Positions 15,434 through 25,054 of a stretch of 48,859 bases of DNA are shown piece after piece. Source of the stretch: Minisyncoccota bacterium (GTDB lineage Bacteria > Patescibacteriota > Minisyncoccia > Phycocordibacterales > UBA9973); contig JAYRGZ010000005.1 of assembly GCA_041907605.1 (NCBI GenBank), positions 1-48,859 on the forward strand. The letters run 5' to 3'. Each line of letters opens with the position of its first letter. Positions within the stretch are counted from its first letter, which is position 1. The position numbers and the translations under genes are program-made. A model generated the notes under the pieces. It was not told the origin of the DNA, did not search any database, and saw only the letters and a program-made list of their open reading frames with translations.

Positions 15434-15922
15434 ATGAATAACAAAACTATCGTTTTAGGTATTGATCCAGGGTTTGAAAGACTTGGAATTTCAATAATTT
15501 CTAAACAAAAAGGCAAGAAGGAAGAACTTATTTATTCTGAGTGTTTCAAGACTAAGGCTACGCTTACCTTCAATAAGCGACTTGGGCAAATAGGTGAGCA
15601 AATCGAAACAATAATAAAAAAGTACAAACCTGATATTTTAGGAATAGAAAATTTATTCCTGACTACAAATCAAACTACTGTGATGCGGGTTGCAGAGACA
15701 CGTGGTGTAATAATTTATATAGCAGAGAAAAATAATCTACTAATCAGAGAATACACTCCACTTCAAATAAAAATGGCTGTTACAGGATATGGTAAAGCGG
15801 ACAAAAAACAAGTTATGAGTATGGTTTCAAAATTAATAGACCTAAATGGCAATAAAACATCAGACGATGAACTAGATTCCATCGCCGTTGCGTTAACCAC
15901 AATTGCATACGAAAAAATTTAG
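15434..15922 (+). CDS. ruvC: Holliday junction resolvase RuvC
   Basis: ILGIDPGFERLGISII N-terminus (catalytic Asp), the GIENLF segment and the C-terminal DDELDSIAVAL motif. Confidence 0.9.
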   Translation: MNNKTIVLGIDPGFERLGISIISKQKGKKEELIYSECFKTKATLTFNKRLGQIGEQIETIIKKYKPDILGIENLFLTTNQTTVMRVAETRGVIIYIAEKNNLLIREYTPLQIKMAVTGYGKADKKQVMSMVSKLIDLNGNKTSDDELDSIAVALTTIAYEKI

Positions 15923-16034
15923 AGCTAGGGTTTTCCACATTTTTGAATAATTACTATTGCATGGGGTCCCCTATTTTGATACAAAGTGCACATATAAGTA
16001 AGGTGCACTTTGCACAAACGAGATTAAATAGTGT

Positions 16035-16211
16035 ATGAGTTATGATGATGACGATATACTTACTCGACCGCCCGTAGAGGAGGAAGAGGAAGAAGAGGAA
16101 TTAGATGAAGTTGGTGAAGAGGATATTCTCGATGATGATTTGGGACTCGTAGTAGACGAAGAATTGGCTGATGAGTTCAAGTCAGACGATGACGTAGATC
16201 AAAATTACTAA
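16035..16211 (+). CDS. 58-aa hyper-acidic small protein (not in ORF track)
   Basis: Translation from ATG 16035 to TAA 16209-16211: MSYDDDDILTRPPVEEEEEEEELDEVGEEDILDDDLGLVVDEELADEFKSDDDVDQNY. A strong terminator follows 7 nt later. Without it the 326-nt ruvC-tyrS gap would be empty. Confidence 0.45.
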   Translation: MSYDDDDILTRPPVEEEEEEEELDEVGEEDILDDDLGLVVDEELADEFKSDDDVDQNY

Positions 16212-16217
16212 ACAAAT

Positions 16218-16245
16218 AACAAAAGCCCCTATAGGGGCTTTTGTT
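16218..16245. terminator. Bidirectional intrinsic terminator (acidic ORF / tyrS)
   Basis: AACAAAAGCCCC-TATA-GGGGCTTTTGTT, a 12-bp stem flanked by A and T runs. Confidence 0.8.
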
Positions 16246-16248
16246 ATT

Positions 16249-17460
16249 TTAGAAAAAAACTTTTATAAATTTCTTGGGACCAATACGATAGTTCCCTGAA
16301 ACATTAAATTCTTTTAGGTCTTTCACTTTGAATTTACTATCTAAGTTCTCAATCGCGCCTCCTTCAATTAATCTTCGGAGATCACTTTTAGATTTTACTA
16401 AGCCTTTCTCCACTAATATATCTGCAATATTTTGGTCTTTTTCTACATATAGCTCTTGTGCGATTTCCGGAATGATTTTTTTCTGAAACGTTGATATGAA
16501 AGAATTTTCAGCATTACTTGCATCCTTTTCTCCAAAGTAAAATCTCACAATTTCTTTAGCTAATTGCATTTTAGCGTCTTTCGGGTTAAGAACGTTATCA
16601 ACAATTTTATCCTTTAGTTCTTTGATTTTAATTTGCGATACTCTGGTGAGCAATTCAAATCCCCTAATTATCATACTGTCATCCCAACTCATAACTTTTC
16701 CATACATATCTCTCGGATTGTCAGAAAGTGTGAGCATATTACCCTCAGTTTTGCCCATTTTGGTTCCAGATGAATCAACGAGTAGCTTCATCGTAATAAC
16801 AAACTTTTCAGAATTTTTAATTTCCTTCATTAGCGTTCTTCCAGTCAACATATTAAAAGTCTGGTCATTTCCTCCGACCTCGCCATCAACATTCATAGCA
16901 ACAGAGTCATAGCCCTGCATTAATGGATATAGAAATTCGTGTATGTAGACGGGTTTACCCTCAGCAAATCTTTTTTCAAACATATCTCTCTCCATCATTT
17001 GCTGGACTGTCATTTTTGAAGCTAGACCTAAAACGTTTTCCAAGTTCATCTTTGCTAACCATTTAGAATTGAACTTAAACTCGGCTTTATTTTTACCTGT
17101 AAAAGAAATAATCTTGCTTGCTTGTTTTTTATAATCTTTTAGATTTTTTAAAACTTCTTTGTGTGTTAGTTGCTTACGCGTTGCGCTCTTGTCAGTTGGG
17201 TCTCCAATCATTGCGGTAAAATCACCCATAAGAAGTATTACCTTGTGTCCTAGGTCTTGCAACTCTTTTATTTTTAGAAGTGGAATAACGTGACCTAAAT
17301 GAAGTGTCGGTCCAGTAGGATCAATGCCTAGATATATTGTGAGCTTTTTGTTTTGTCTTAGACGAGACTCTAGAAATTCAGGAGATGGATAAATTCTCTC
17401 CACGCCACGGTTTAGTAACATTTGTATCTTCTCTTCGTCTATAATATTGGGTTTTTTCAC
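16249..17460 (-). CDS. tyrS: Tyrosyl-tRNA synthetase
   Basis: GIDPTGPTLHLGH (HIGH motif), KMGKT (KMSKS motif) and a C-terminal S4-like domain. GTG start. Confidence 0.9.
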   Translation of the reverse strand: MKKPNIIDEEKIQMLLNRGVERIYPSPEFLESRLRQNKKLTIYLGIDPTGPTLHLGHVIPLLKIKELQDLGHKVILLMGDFTAMIGDPTDKSATRKQLTHKEVLKNLKDYKKQASKIISFTGKNKAEFKFNSKWLAKMNLENVLGLASKMTVQQMMERDMFEKRFAEGKPVYIHEFLYPLMQGYDSVAMNVDGEVGGNDQTFNMLTGRTLMKEIKNSEKFVITMKLLVDSSGTKMGKTEGNMLTLSDNPRDMYGKVMSWDDSMIIRGFELLTRVSQIKIKELKDKIVDNVLNPKDAKMQLAKEIVRFYFGEKDASNAENSFISTFQKKIIPEIAQELYVEKDQNIADILVEKGLVKSKSDLRRLIEGGAIENLDSKFKVKDLKEFNVSGNYRIGPKKFIKVFF

Positions 17461-17535
17461 ACTATTACTCTATCATATCTCCACTTTTTTGTCCGTTTGA
17501 ATAAACTAGTCGTGGTATGATTACATTAGAAGCAC

Positions 17536-20061
17536 ATGGCACAAAATCCCTTACGAAAAAGATTAAAACATAACATACTCCTTTTTATCACTGGAGGTTT
17601 TTTTCTTGTTTGTGCTGTAATTATAATCTGGCTTTCGTCACTGACCGTTCCAGATTTAAAGTCTTTTGAGGACCGCCAGATCGCACTTTCAACAAAAATT
17701 TATGATCGTACTGGTGAAATCGTATTATACGACCTACATCAGGACGTGAAGCGTACGGCTATACCTTTTAGTGATATGGGTAGCTATATTAAAAACGCTA
17801 CCGTAGCAATTGAAGATAGTGAGTTTTACCAGCACAACGGTATTAGACTCACTTCCATATTTAGAGCAATACTTGCAAACCTCACCTCTGCATCGTTCTC
17901 ACAAGGTGGTTCTACTATCACACAACAAATTGTAAAGAATGCGTTGCTAACAAATGAAAAGACAATTACACGTAAACTAAAAGAATGGGTCTTGTCACTA
18001 AAGATTGAGCGAGTTTTATCTAAAGAAGATATCTTGTCACTTTATTTAAACGAATCTCCGTATGGTGGAAACATTTATGGTATAGAGGAAGCATCTCAAA
18101 CGTTTTTCGGTAAACACGCAAAGGACCTATCGTTGCTTGAGGCAAGTTATCTTGCTGCTATTCCTCAAGCACCAACATATTACTCCCCATATGGAAAAAA
18201 TTTGGATAAATTAGAGGAAAGAAAAAATTTAGTTCTTTCAAGAATGAAAGAATTACATTTTATTTCAGACAGTGAGTATGACGAGGCAAAAAAAGAAACG
18301 GTTGTTTGGAAACCACAGGAAGCGAGAGGAATAAAAGCTCCACATTTCGTATTTTTCATTCGTGATTATCTAGCAGAGAAATATGGTGAGGATGCACTTA
18401 TGGCTGGTGGACTTAAAGTAATTACTACTCTTGATTACGATATGCAACAAAAAGCAGAGCAAACCGTAAAAAAATACGCCTTAATTAATGCCCAAAAATA
18501 TAAAGCTACTAATGCAGGATTAATAAGTATTGATCCAAAAACAGGACAGATTTTGGCTATGGTTGGATCACGAGATTACTTTGATAAAGAAATTGATGGA
18601 GCTTTCAATATTACTACCGCCAAAAGACAGCCCGGTTCGTCTTTTAAACCTTTTGTATACGCAACGGCTTTCATGAAAGGATATACTCCTAATACTGTGC
18701 TCTTTGACGTACCAACAGAGTTTAATCCCGGATGTAATCCTTATGGAAAAAGTTATGGTAGTACCAATCAAAAAAATTGCTACATGCCCCAAAATTTCAC
18801 TGGTGAAAATAATGGTCCAATGACATTGCGTAATGCCCTAGCACAATCGATAAACGTGATAGCAGTTAAAATGCTCTATCTTGTGGGCATTGATGATTCA
18901 ATTAAAACAGCGGAGGATATGGGAATACGAAGCCTTGGTACAGCAAAAGATTATGGTCTAACTTTAGTGCTTGGAGGAGGAGAGGTTCGTCCACTTGATA
19001 TGGCAAGCGCTTATGGTGTATTTGCAAATAGTGGTATAAGAAACCCCGCAACAGGAATTTTAAGGGTTGAAAATAAGGACGGCGATGTGCTTGAAGAATA
19101 TCAAGACAATAATGGAGGTGAGGTTATACCTAAACAAATAGCACTACAGATAAACGATATTCTATCTGATAATGATGCAAGAGCACCTATGTTTGGTAAG
19201 AAATCAAATCTCTATATTGAGGGTAGACAGGTGGCAGTAAAAACTGGTACTACCAACAGTTATCGTGATGCTTGGATAATTGGTTATACACCATCGTTCG
19301 TTACCGCAATATGGGTTGGTAACAACGACAACACTCCCATGGCAGACAAAGCATCCTCAACGCTCTCAGGTCCTATGTGGAACGAATATATGAGAGCTGT
19401 ACTTCCTAAATATCCAAATGAATCATTTGAGAAACCAGCTCAAATAGCTGGGTATGAAAACCTAAAGCCCGTTCTTCGTGGTATTTGGCAGGGTGGGGAG
19501 AGTTTTGTAGTAGATAAAATCTCTGGACTCCTTGCAACAGAATTTACCCCAACAGAAACCAGAGACGAAAAAGTTATCTCAAACGTTCACGACATACTTT
19601 ATTGGATAAATAAGGATGATCCACTTGGTCCATCACCGACCGATCCTAAGCAAGATCCACAATTTAATAACTGGGAAACTGCTGTTCAAAACTGGTGGTC
19701 CTCTCATGCTTATCTATATCCTCAAAACTCTCCAATAAAACCTACAGAGTACGACAATATTCACACAGAACAATCTAAACCACAGATTATTATTCTTTCT
19801 CCTATTGATTCATCGTCTGCAGGAATAAATTCTCAGATAACAGTTTCTGCAACAATGTCTGGACAATACCTGCCCCAGAAAATGGATGTTTTTGTGAACG
19901 GTAATTATGTTGGTACTTCAAATAACTATCCCTTTAACTATTCTTTCACACCCAACGAATTGTCTGGAATTAACCCTGGTGACAACCTTGAAATAAGAGC
20001 TGTCATATATGATTCTGTTTATAATCAAAATGAATCTACTGTAAATGTTTCCGCCGAATAA
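17536..20061 (+). CDS. ponA: Class A penicillin-binding protein (glycosyltransferase plus transpeptidase)
   Basis: N-terminal TM segment, GT51 motifs (EDSEFYQHNGI, GGSTITQQ), and transpeptidase motifs SSFKPF (SxxK) and KTGTT. Confidence 0.95.
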   Translation: MAQNPLRKRLKHNILLFITGGFFLVCAVIIIWLSSLTVPDLKSFEDRQIALSTKIYDRTGEIVLYDLHQDVKRTAIPFSDMGSYIKNATVAIEDSEFYQHNGIRLTSIFRAILANLTSASFSQGGSTITQQIVKNALLTNEKTITRKLKEWVLSLKIERVLSKEDILSLYLNESPYGGNIYGIEEASQTFFGKHAKDLSLLEASYLAAIPQAPTYYSPYGKNLDKLEERKNLVLSRMKELHFISDSEYDEAKKETVVWKPQEARGIKAPHFVFFIRDYLAEKYGEDALMAGGLKVITTLDYDMQQKAEQTVKKYALINAQKYKATNAGLISIDPKTGQILAMVGSRDYFDKEIDGAFNITTAKRQPGSSFKPFVYATAFMKGYTPNTVLFDVPTEFNPGCNPYGKSYGSTNQKNCYMPQNFTGENNGPMTLRNALAQSINVIAVKMLYLVGIDDSIKTAEDMGIRSLGTAKDYGLTLVLGGGEVRPLDMASAYGVFANSGIRNPATGILRVENKDGDVLEEYQDNNGGEVIPKQIALQINDILSDNDARAPMFGKKSNLYIEGRQVAVKTGTTNSYRDAWIIGYTPSFVTAIWVGNNDNTPMADKASSTLSGPMWNEYMRAVLPKYPNESFEKPAQIAGYENLKPVLRGIWQGGESFVVDKISGLLATEFTPTETRDEKVISNVHDILYWINKDDPLGPSPTDPKQDPQFNNWETAVQNWWSSHAYLYPQNSPIKPTEYDNIHTEQSKPQIIILSPIDSSSAGINSQITVSATMSGQYLPQKMDVFVNGNYVGTSNNYPFNYSFTPNELSGINPGDNLEIRAVIYDSVYNQNESTVNVSAE

Positions 20062-20064
20062 AAA

Positions 20065-20325
20065 TTAATTAATATCTATAACAATCTTTTCCCCCGCTAT
20101 CGTATTTATTTTATCTATTATTTTATTTTTTTTTAAAAAAAGTTCCTGTTTTTTTATTGCAGTCAATTTTATTTTCAAAACCCCCTCTTTAATAGAAACA
20201 TCTTTAGTTTCAACAAAGGGAATTTGATCCTCTAATACGCTTTTTATTATTTCAAAGTTTCTTAGTTGGTTAAAAACTTTTTTATTTTTGTTTGATAAAA
20301 ATTTTATAATATGCCCATTATCCAT
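20065..20325 (-). CDS. DUF721/DciA-like small protein downstream of dnaN
   Basis: 86 aa. GVLKIKLTAIKKQELFLKKNKIIDKINTIAGEKIVIDI fits the DUF721 pattern, and the position immediately after dnaN is typical. Confidence 0.45.
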   Translation of the reverse strand: MDNGHIIKFLSNKNKKVFNQLRNFEIIKSVLEDQIPFVETKDVSIKEGVLKIKLTAIKKQELFLKKNKIIDKINTIAGEKIVIDIN

Positions 20326-20326
20326 A

Positions 20327-21424
20327 TTATCTATTCATAGGCATTATTAAATAACAGAATGTTTTATCGCCAACGCCTTTCACTACTATAGGTTTTTGTA
20401 CACCATTACATGAGACACTTATACTGTCTGTTTGTATGGATTGTAGGCAGTCTGCTAAATATTTTTGATTAATATTAATTTCTACCTTTTCACCAGAAAG
20501 AGCGCCGTCCACCAATATCTTATTCTCCCCTTTGTCTGGGTTCTGTGCGAGGAAAAAACACTGTTTATTTTTTGGATCTATTGTTAGGGTTATTTGGTTG
20601 AATTTATCAGCAAAAATACTGTTTGCTTTTATCGTATTTAAAATATCCTGCTTAAGAAAAATACCCTCGGTAGTACTTACGGTTGGTACGATCTGTTTAT
20701 AATCAGGATATATTCCATCAATAATCCTCGAGGTAATTGAGAATATGCCAGTTTTGATAATTATTTGGTTTTTTGAACAAATTATATTAGTGTCCCCTTG
20801 TGATATGTCTAATATTTTTATTATTTCAACTATATTTTTAAAGGGTATAATTATTGGTTCGAAATTATATATATTTTTAACCCTTATAGTTTTTTCTGCT
20901 AGTCTAAACGAATCCGTAGACACAAAAACTAAATTGTCCTCGTGTTGATATAAATAAACAGATGAAATTTCTGGTTTTATATCACTTACTGCAGATGAAT
21001 AAAAAACACTCTTAATACCTTCTATGAGAATTTTGTTTGGTATAGAAAAATCCACACCCTCTGTTTTTGGAATATTTGGAAAATCTTCATATGGAATAGT
21101 TTTAATGCTTGTTTTTGTATTTTTGGTCGTAAAAATAGCAGTACCACCCAATAACTCTATTGTTATTTTTTCATTATCTTTTAGTGTACTAACGAAGGCT
21201 GATATAGTACTGGCTGATATTGCAAAAACCCCCTCTTTTTCGGTGTTGGTTGGTATTATCGCTTCTATTCCTAGACTTAGATTTGTTGCTCTAATTTTTA
21301 TTTCTTTTTCTGAAACTATAAAAAGAAGTGTTGAAAGTATTGGGAGTGTTAGATTTTTTCCAGAAGCTTTTTCTACACCCCAGACTGCAGTTTTTAAGTT
21401 TTCTACTAAACAAATTGTTTTCAT
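20327..21424 (-). CDS. dnaN: DNA polymerase III beta sliding clamp
   Basis: Length, three-domain repeat pattern, DSFRLAEK and YPDYKQIVP motifs, and position directly after dnaA. Confidence 0.9.
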   Translation of the reverse strand: MKTICLVENLKTAVWGVEKASGKNLTLPILSTLLFIVSEKEIKIRATNLSLGIEAIIPTNTEKEGVFAISASTISAFVSTLKDNEKITIELLGGTAIFTTKNTKTSIKTIPYEDFPNIPKTEGVDFSIPNKILIEGIKSVFYSSAVSDIKPEISSVYLYQHEDNLVFVSTDSFRLAEKTIRVKNIYNFEPIIIPFKNIVEIIKILDISQGDTNIICSKNQIIIKTGIFSITSRIIDGIYPDYKQIVPTVSTTEGIFLKQDILNTIKANSIFADKFNQITLTIDPKNKQCFFLAQNPDKGENKILVDGALSGEKVEININQKYLADCLQSIQTDSISVSCNGVQKPIVVKGVGDKTFCYLIMPMNR

Positions 21425-21622
21425 ATATAAAAATTTATTATTACTACTAGTGGTGTGTATAAGTGTATAAGTCTTGATAATTGATTTATATAAGGATTTT
21501 TTTGCATATTATTTTTTTTATTATGTTAATAAAAAATTTTATTTTCTCTTTCGTTTTAAAAAATTATTTTTCTAATAAAACTTATTAACAAATTAAAAAT
21601 TAATATACATATTAATTCACAA
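21425..21622. other. Candidate oriC segment / DNA unwinding region (dnaA-dnaN intergenic)
   Basis: 198-nt extremely AT-rich spacer. It holds overlapping near-consensus DnaA boxes TGTGTATAA (21454-21462) and AGTGTATAA (21462-21470), plus two 2-mismatch boxes near 21582-21590 and 21613-21621. Confidence 0.5.
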
Positions 21623-22981
21623 CTATTTAAACATACTTATTAACTGTTCTAATTCGCCCACCAAAGCCACATCTTTCTTTAAATCATTTTTTATTTTTTC
21701 ATATGAATGAATAACCGTGGTGTGATCTTTTCCGCCTAGCTTTTGTCCAATCAATGGATAAGAAACACCAAACTCTTCACGTAATATATACATGATCATT
21801 TGTCTTGCTTTGACAATCTCTTTTCTCCTAGTTTTTTCATAAATAATTGCTTCTTCTATATTGTAAAAATCAGCAACAATCTTAACTACTTCTTTTGTAG
21901 AAACAGTTTTCTTTGGTTTTATGTTGTTTTTTAAGAGGTTTTTTACTTCTGATAGTGTTAAACCACGGTTTTTGAGTTGTGATTGGCAGACAATTGAATT
22001 TAGATTACCCTCGAGCTCACGAATATTTCCTTGTATAGCGCCTGCGATATAGGCAATTACTTCGTCTTCTATTACAACACCGTTTTCCCGAGCCTTCGCT
22101 TTTAGTATTGCAATCCTTGATTCAAAATCTGGCTCAGTGATATCTACCGTCATTCCTTGTGAAAATCTAGATTTTAAACGGTCTTCAAGCCCAGGGATGA
22201 AGTTTGGGTGCTTATCAGAAGAAAATATAATTTGTTTACTATTTTCATACAAAGAATTAAATAGATGGAAAAGCTCTTCTTGGGTTTTTTCCATTTTATT
22301 AATAAATTGAATATCGTCCATTATTAAAACGTCATACTTTCTGTATTTTTCTTTAAAAATATTTGGTTTATTATTTTGAACCGAGGTAATATAGTCCACC
22401 GAAAATTTTTCAAGTGTTACATAGTGTACTTTTTTATCCGGGTATTTTTCTTTTATAGAATTACCAATTGCTTGTATGAGGTGGGTTTTACCTAATCCAG
22501 TATTTCCATAAATAAAAAATGGATTATAGCTCTGTCCTGGTCGATTTATGATAGCCTGTGAAGCTGCGTAAGCAAGCTCATTAAAAGGCCCAACAATAAA
22601 GGTATCAAAGGTGTATTTCGGGTTGAGGTTATCTTCTTTATTTATATAAAGATCGTTTAATGGTAACTCCTTATTAATAAAGACTTTTGGAGCGGATACC
22701 TCCTCCCCGTTTTTATGCCTCTGATCTATTTTTGTTATCTGGTATTCGACTGCCCGGACACTATCAGTGAAATTCATTAAAGCCTTTAAAATCTGCTTAT
22801 GATACTTGTTGGTAAGCCAATCTTTAACAAATTCATTTGGTACACCAATATAAATTGTCCCTGAATCCTCTTTTATTATTGAGGTATTTTTAAACCAAGT
22901 ACTAAAATTAGCCTTTGAAACCTCCACCTCTATTTCCTTTAAACAATTATTCCAAAGTTCTACTGAATCTATAAATCCCAT
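21623..22981 (-). CDS. dnaA: Chromosomal replication initiator DnaA
   Basis: GNTGLGKTHL Walker A, LIMDDIQF, and the C-terminal DNA-binding signature GGKDHTTVIHSYEKI. Confidence 0.97.
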   Translation of the reverse strand: MGFIDSVELWNNCLKEIEVEVSKANFSTWFKNTSIIKEDSGTIYIGVPNEFVKDWLTNKYHKQILKALMNFTDSVRAVEYQITKIDQRHKNGEEVSAPKVFINKELPLNDLYINKEDNLNPKYTFDTFIVGPFNELAYAASQAIINRPGQSYNPFFIYGNTGLGKTHLIQAIGNSIKEKYPDKKVHYVTLEKFSVDYITSVQNNKPNIFKEKYRKYDVLIMDDIQFINKMEKTQEELFHLFNSLYENSKQIIFSSDKHPNFIPGLEDRLKSRFSQGMTVDITEPDFESRIAILKAKARENGVVIEDEVIAYIAGAIQGNIRELEGNLNSIVCQSQLKNRGLTLSEVKNLLKNNIKPKKTVSTKEVVKIVADFYNIEEAIIYEKTRRKEIVKARQMIMYILREEFGVSYPLIGQKLGGKDHTTVIHSYEKIKNDLKKDVALVGELEQLISMFK

Positions 22982-23053
22982 ATGTAAAGGCCATTATAGT
23001 ATGCTTTCTTAAATATTAATAAACCCAAAACCTTAATCAAGCTGTTGATTACC

Positions 23054-23062
23054 TGTGGATAA
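23054..23062. promoter_or_regulatory. Perfect consensus DnaA box (TGTGGATAA = TTATCCACA) upstream of dnaA
   Basis: Exact 9-mer in the dnaA-rpmH divergent spacer. Confidence 0.6.
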
Positions 23063-23117
23063 AAAACAAAATACCCAAAGATTGATTTTATGTAGGAAAT
23101 AATATAGACTACAACAC

Positions 23118-23252
23118 ATGTCACAAACATATCAACCCAAAAAACGAAAACGTGCCAAAACACACGGCTATCTTGTTCGAACAAAGTCAAAAAACGGAAA
23201 GAAAGTACTACTTCGAAGACGCAGAAAAGGACGGGCTAAACTAACAGTTTAA
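23118..23252 (+). CDS. rpmH: 50S ribosomal protein L34 (not in ORF track)
   Basis: The translation [44 protein letters not shown] is a clear L34. It sits in the canonical position ahead of rnpA. Confidence 0.92.
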   Translation: MSQTYQPKKRKRAKTHGYLVRTKSKNGKKVLLRRRRKGRAKLTV

Positions 23253-23255
23253 ACA

Positions 23256-23573
23256 ATGATTTCAAAGAAAAATAGGGTTACGAGTGAAATGGTTTCCAAA
23301 ATATTTAAAGATGGAAAAATTATCACAAGTAATGCCTTTTTTTCTTGTCGGTTCATGAAAACCGCAGACACACACCATATAGCTTTTGTCGCACCAAAAA
23401 CAATCTTTAAGACAGCAGTAGAAAGGAATACTATCAGACGTAAGTGGTACAATTCCCTCCCTAAGGGTCTAGAGAAAACTAAACCGGGAGTTTATGTTTT
23501 CTTTCTTAAGAGTGGTGGACAAAAGACAAATACGGAAGACCGCATAAAAAGTCTCTCGTTTTTAAATAAATGA
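23256..23573 (+). CDS. rnpA: RNase P protein component
   Basis: Small basic protein between rpmH and yidD in conserved order. ATGA overlap with yidD. Confidence 0.75.
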   Translation: MISKKNRVTSEMVSKIFKDGKIITSNAFFSCRFMKTADTHHIAFVAPKTIFKTAVERNTIRRKWYNSLPKGLEKTKPGVYVFFLKSGGQKTNTEDRIKSLSFLNK

Positions 23574-23809
23574 AAAAAATATTAATAAAGATTATTTCTT
23601 TTTATCAAAAATACATTTCTCTAGATTCGGGAATTTTATATAGACACGGTATTGTTACCAAAAAAATATGTCATATGTATCCGACCTGTTCTGAATATAC
23701 AAAGCAAAGTATTGATAAATATGGCGTAGTAAAAGGAACATATCTTGGAATTAGAAGAATTTTTCGGTGTCATCCATGGCAAAAAAATCTATTTGATCCT
23801 GTAAAATAA
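23570..23809 (+). CDS. yidD: Membrane protein insertion efficiency factor YidD
   Basis: CHMYPTCSEYTKQSIDKYGVVKGTYLGIRRIFRCHPW is the YidD signature. Confidence 0.9.
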   Translation: MKKILIKIISFYQKYISLDSGILYRHGIVTKKICHMYPTCSEYTKQSIDKYGVVKGTYLGIRRIFRCHPWQKNLFDPVK

Positions 23810-23848
23810 AGACTTTATCTTTATGGCTCAATAGTATACAATACTCTG

Positions 23849-24574
23849 ATGCACCAACTTTGGACCCTATTTTTATATCAGCCACTCTACAATGGCCTCA
23901 TTTTTTTAGTAAATAATGTTTCTTTTGGAGACCTTGGTTTTGCAGTAATAATACTTACAATCATTGTAAAAATGATACTTTTCCCTATTACTAAGAAATC
24001 AATTACTTCACAGCTCAAACTTCAATCACTTGAAGTTGAGATTGCTAAGATCAAAGAACTTCATCCTGAGAAAGAGGCACAAGCAAAAAAAACTTTTGAA
24101 TTATATAAAAAAAACAACGTTAATCCATTTTCTGGATGCCTACTACTACTCATACAATTTCCAATTATCATTGCACTCTATTATGTTTTCTACAAAGGAC
24201 TATCTGGTTCAGAGAATTTGCTCTATTCTTTTGTTCATCAGCCCGAGAATATGAAAACAGTATTTTTGGGATTTTTTGATCTCACAAAACCACACTTTGT
24301 GTTTGCAATCTTAGCTGGTCTTTCGCAGTTCTTACAAATGCAAATATCAATGAAAAATCAAAAGGTAGCACCCAAAACTGGTTCGTTTAAAGACGAACTA
24401 TCACGTAATATGCAATTTCAAATGAAGTATATATTGCCTGTCTTTATTGGGTTTATTGCTCTAAAGCTTTCTGCCGCAGTTGCACTTTATTGGATTACAA
24501 GTAATATAGTTGGCAGCATACAGGAGTATTTTATTAGACGAAAACCAATTGAGCCTGTAAGGATAATTTCTTAA
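23849..24574 (+). CDS. yidC: YidC/Oxa1-family membrane insertase (short form)
   Basis: Five hydrophobic segments, with PITKKS...NPFSGCLLLLIQFPI and YWITSN motifs typical of short YidC/SpoIIIJ. Confidence 0.9.
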   Translation: MHQLWTLFLYQPLYNGLIFLVNNVSFGDLGFAVIILTIIVKMILFPITKKSITSQLKLQSLEVEIAKIKELHPEKEAQAKKTFELYKKNNVNPFSGCLLLLIQFPIIIALYYVFYKGLSGSENLLYSFVHQPENMKTVFLGFFDLTKPHFVFAILAGLSQFLQMQISMKNQKVAPKTGSFKDELSRNMQFQMKYILPVFIGFIALKLSAAVALYWITSNIVGSIQEYFIRRKPIEPVRIIS

Positions 24575-24577
24575 CCT

Positions 24578-25054
24578 ATGAATCAGGAGAAAATCCAAAA
24601 CATAATAATGGATTTTATTGCAAAAAGTGGCCTACATAACCGCGAGGTACTTTTTGAGCTTTCAGAAGACGGCAAGACTCTTTGGTGCAAAATGTATTCT
24701 GATGATGGACATCTATTAATTTATAAAAACGGAGAAGCACTGGCCTCAATTAATCACATAATCCACAAAATTATTGAGAAAGAAATTGGAGAAGGAGAAG
24801 ATCCAGGGATCTCTGTAATTTTTGATGTAAATAATTTCCAAAAGAAAAAAGTTGATAGCTTGAAGACAATTGCTCACATGATGGCAGAACGAGCGCGCTT
24901 CTTTAAATCCAGCGTCGAGGTGGATCCTATGCCACCATTTGATCGAAGAATAATTCATGAGTTTCTATCTGAGATACCAGACATCGAAACAGAATCCACT
25001 GGTGTGGGTCCACATCGACGTGTTGTTATAAAATATCGCGATACCACTATTTAA
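24578..25054 (+). CDS. jag: Jag/KhpB-like RNA-binding protein (KH plus R3H)
   Basis: C-terminal R3H-type motif (PPFDRRIIHEFLSE...GVGPHRRVVI). Position after yidC is conserved. Confidence 0.8.
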   Translation: MNQEKIQNIIMDFIAKSGLHNREVLFELSEDGKTLWCKMYSDDGHLLIYKNGEALASINHIIHKIIEKEIGEGEDPGISVIFDVNNFQKKKVDSLKTIAHMMAERARFFKSSVEVDPMPPFDRRIIHEFLSEIPDIETESTGVGPHRRVVIKYRDTTI

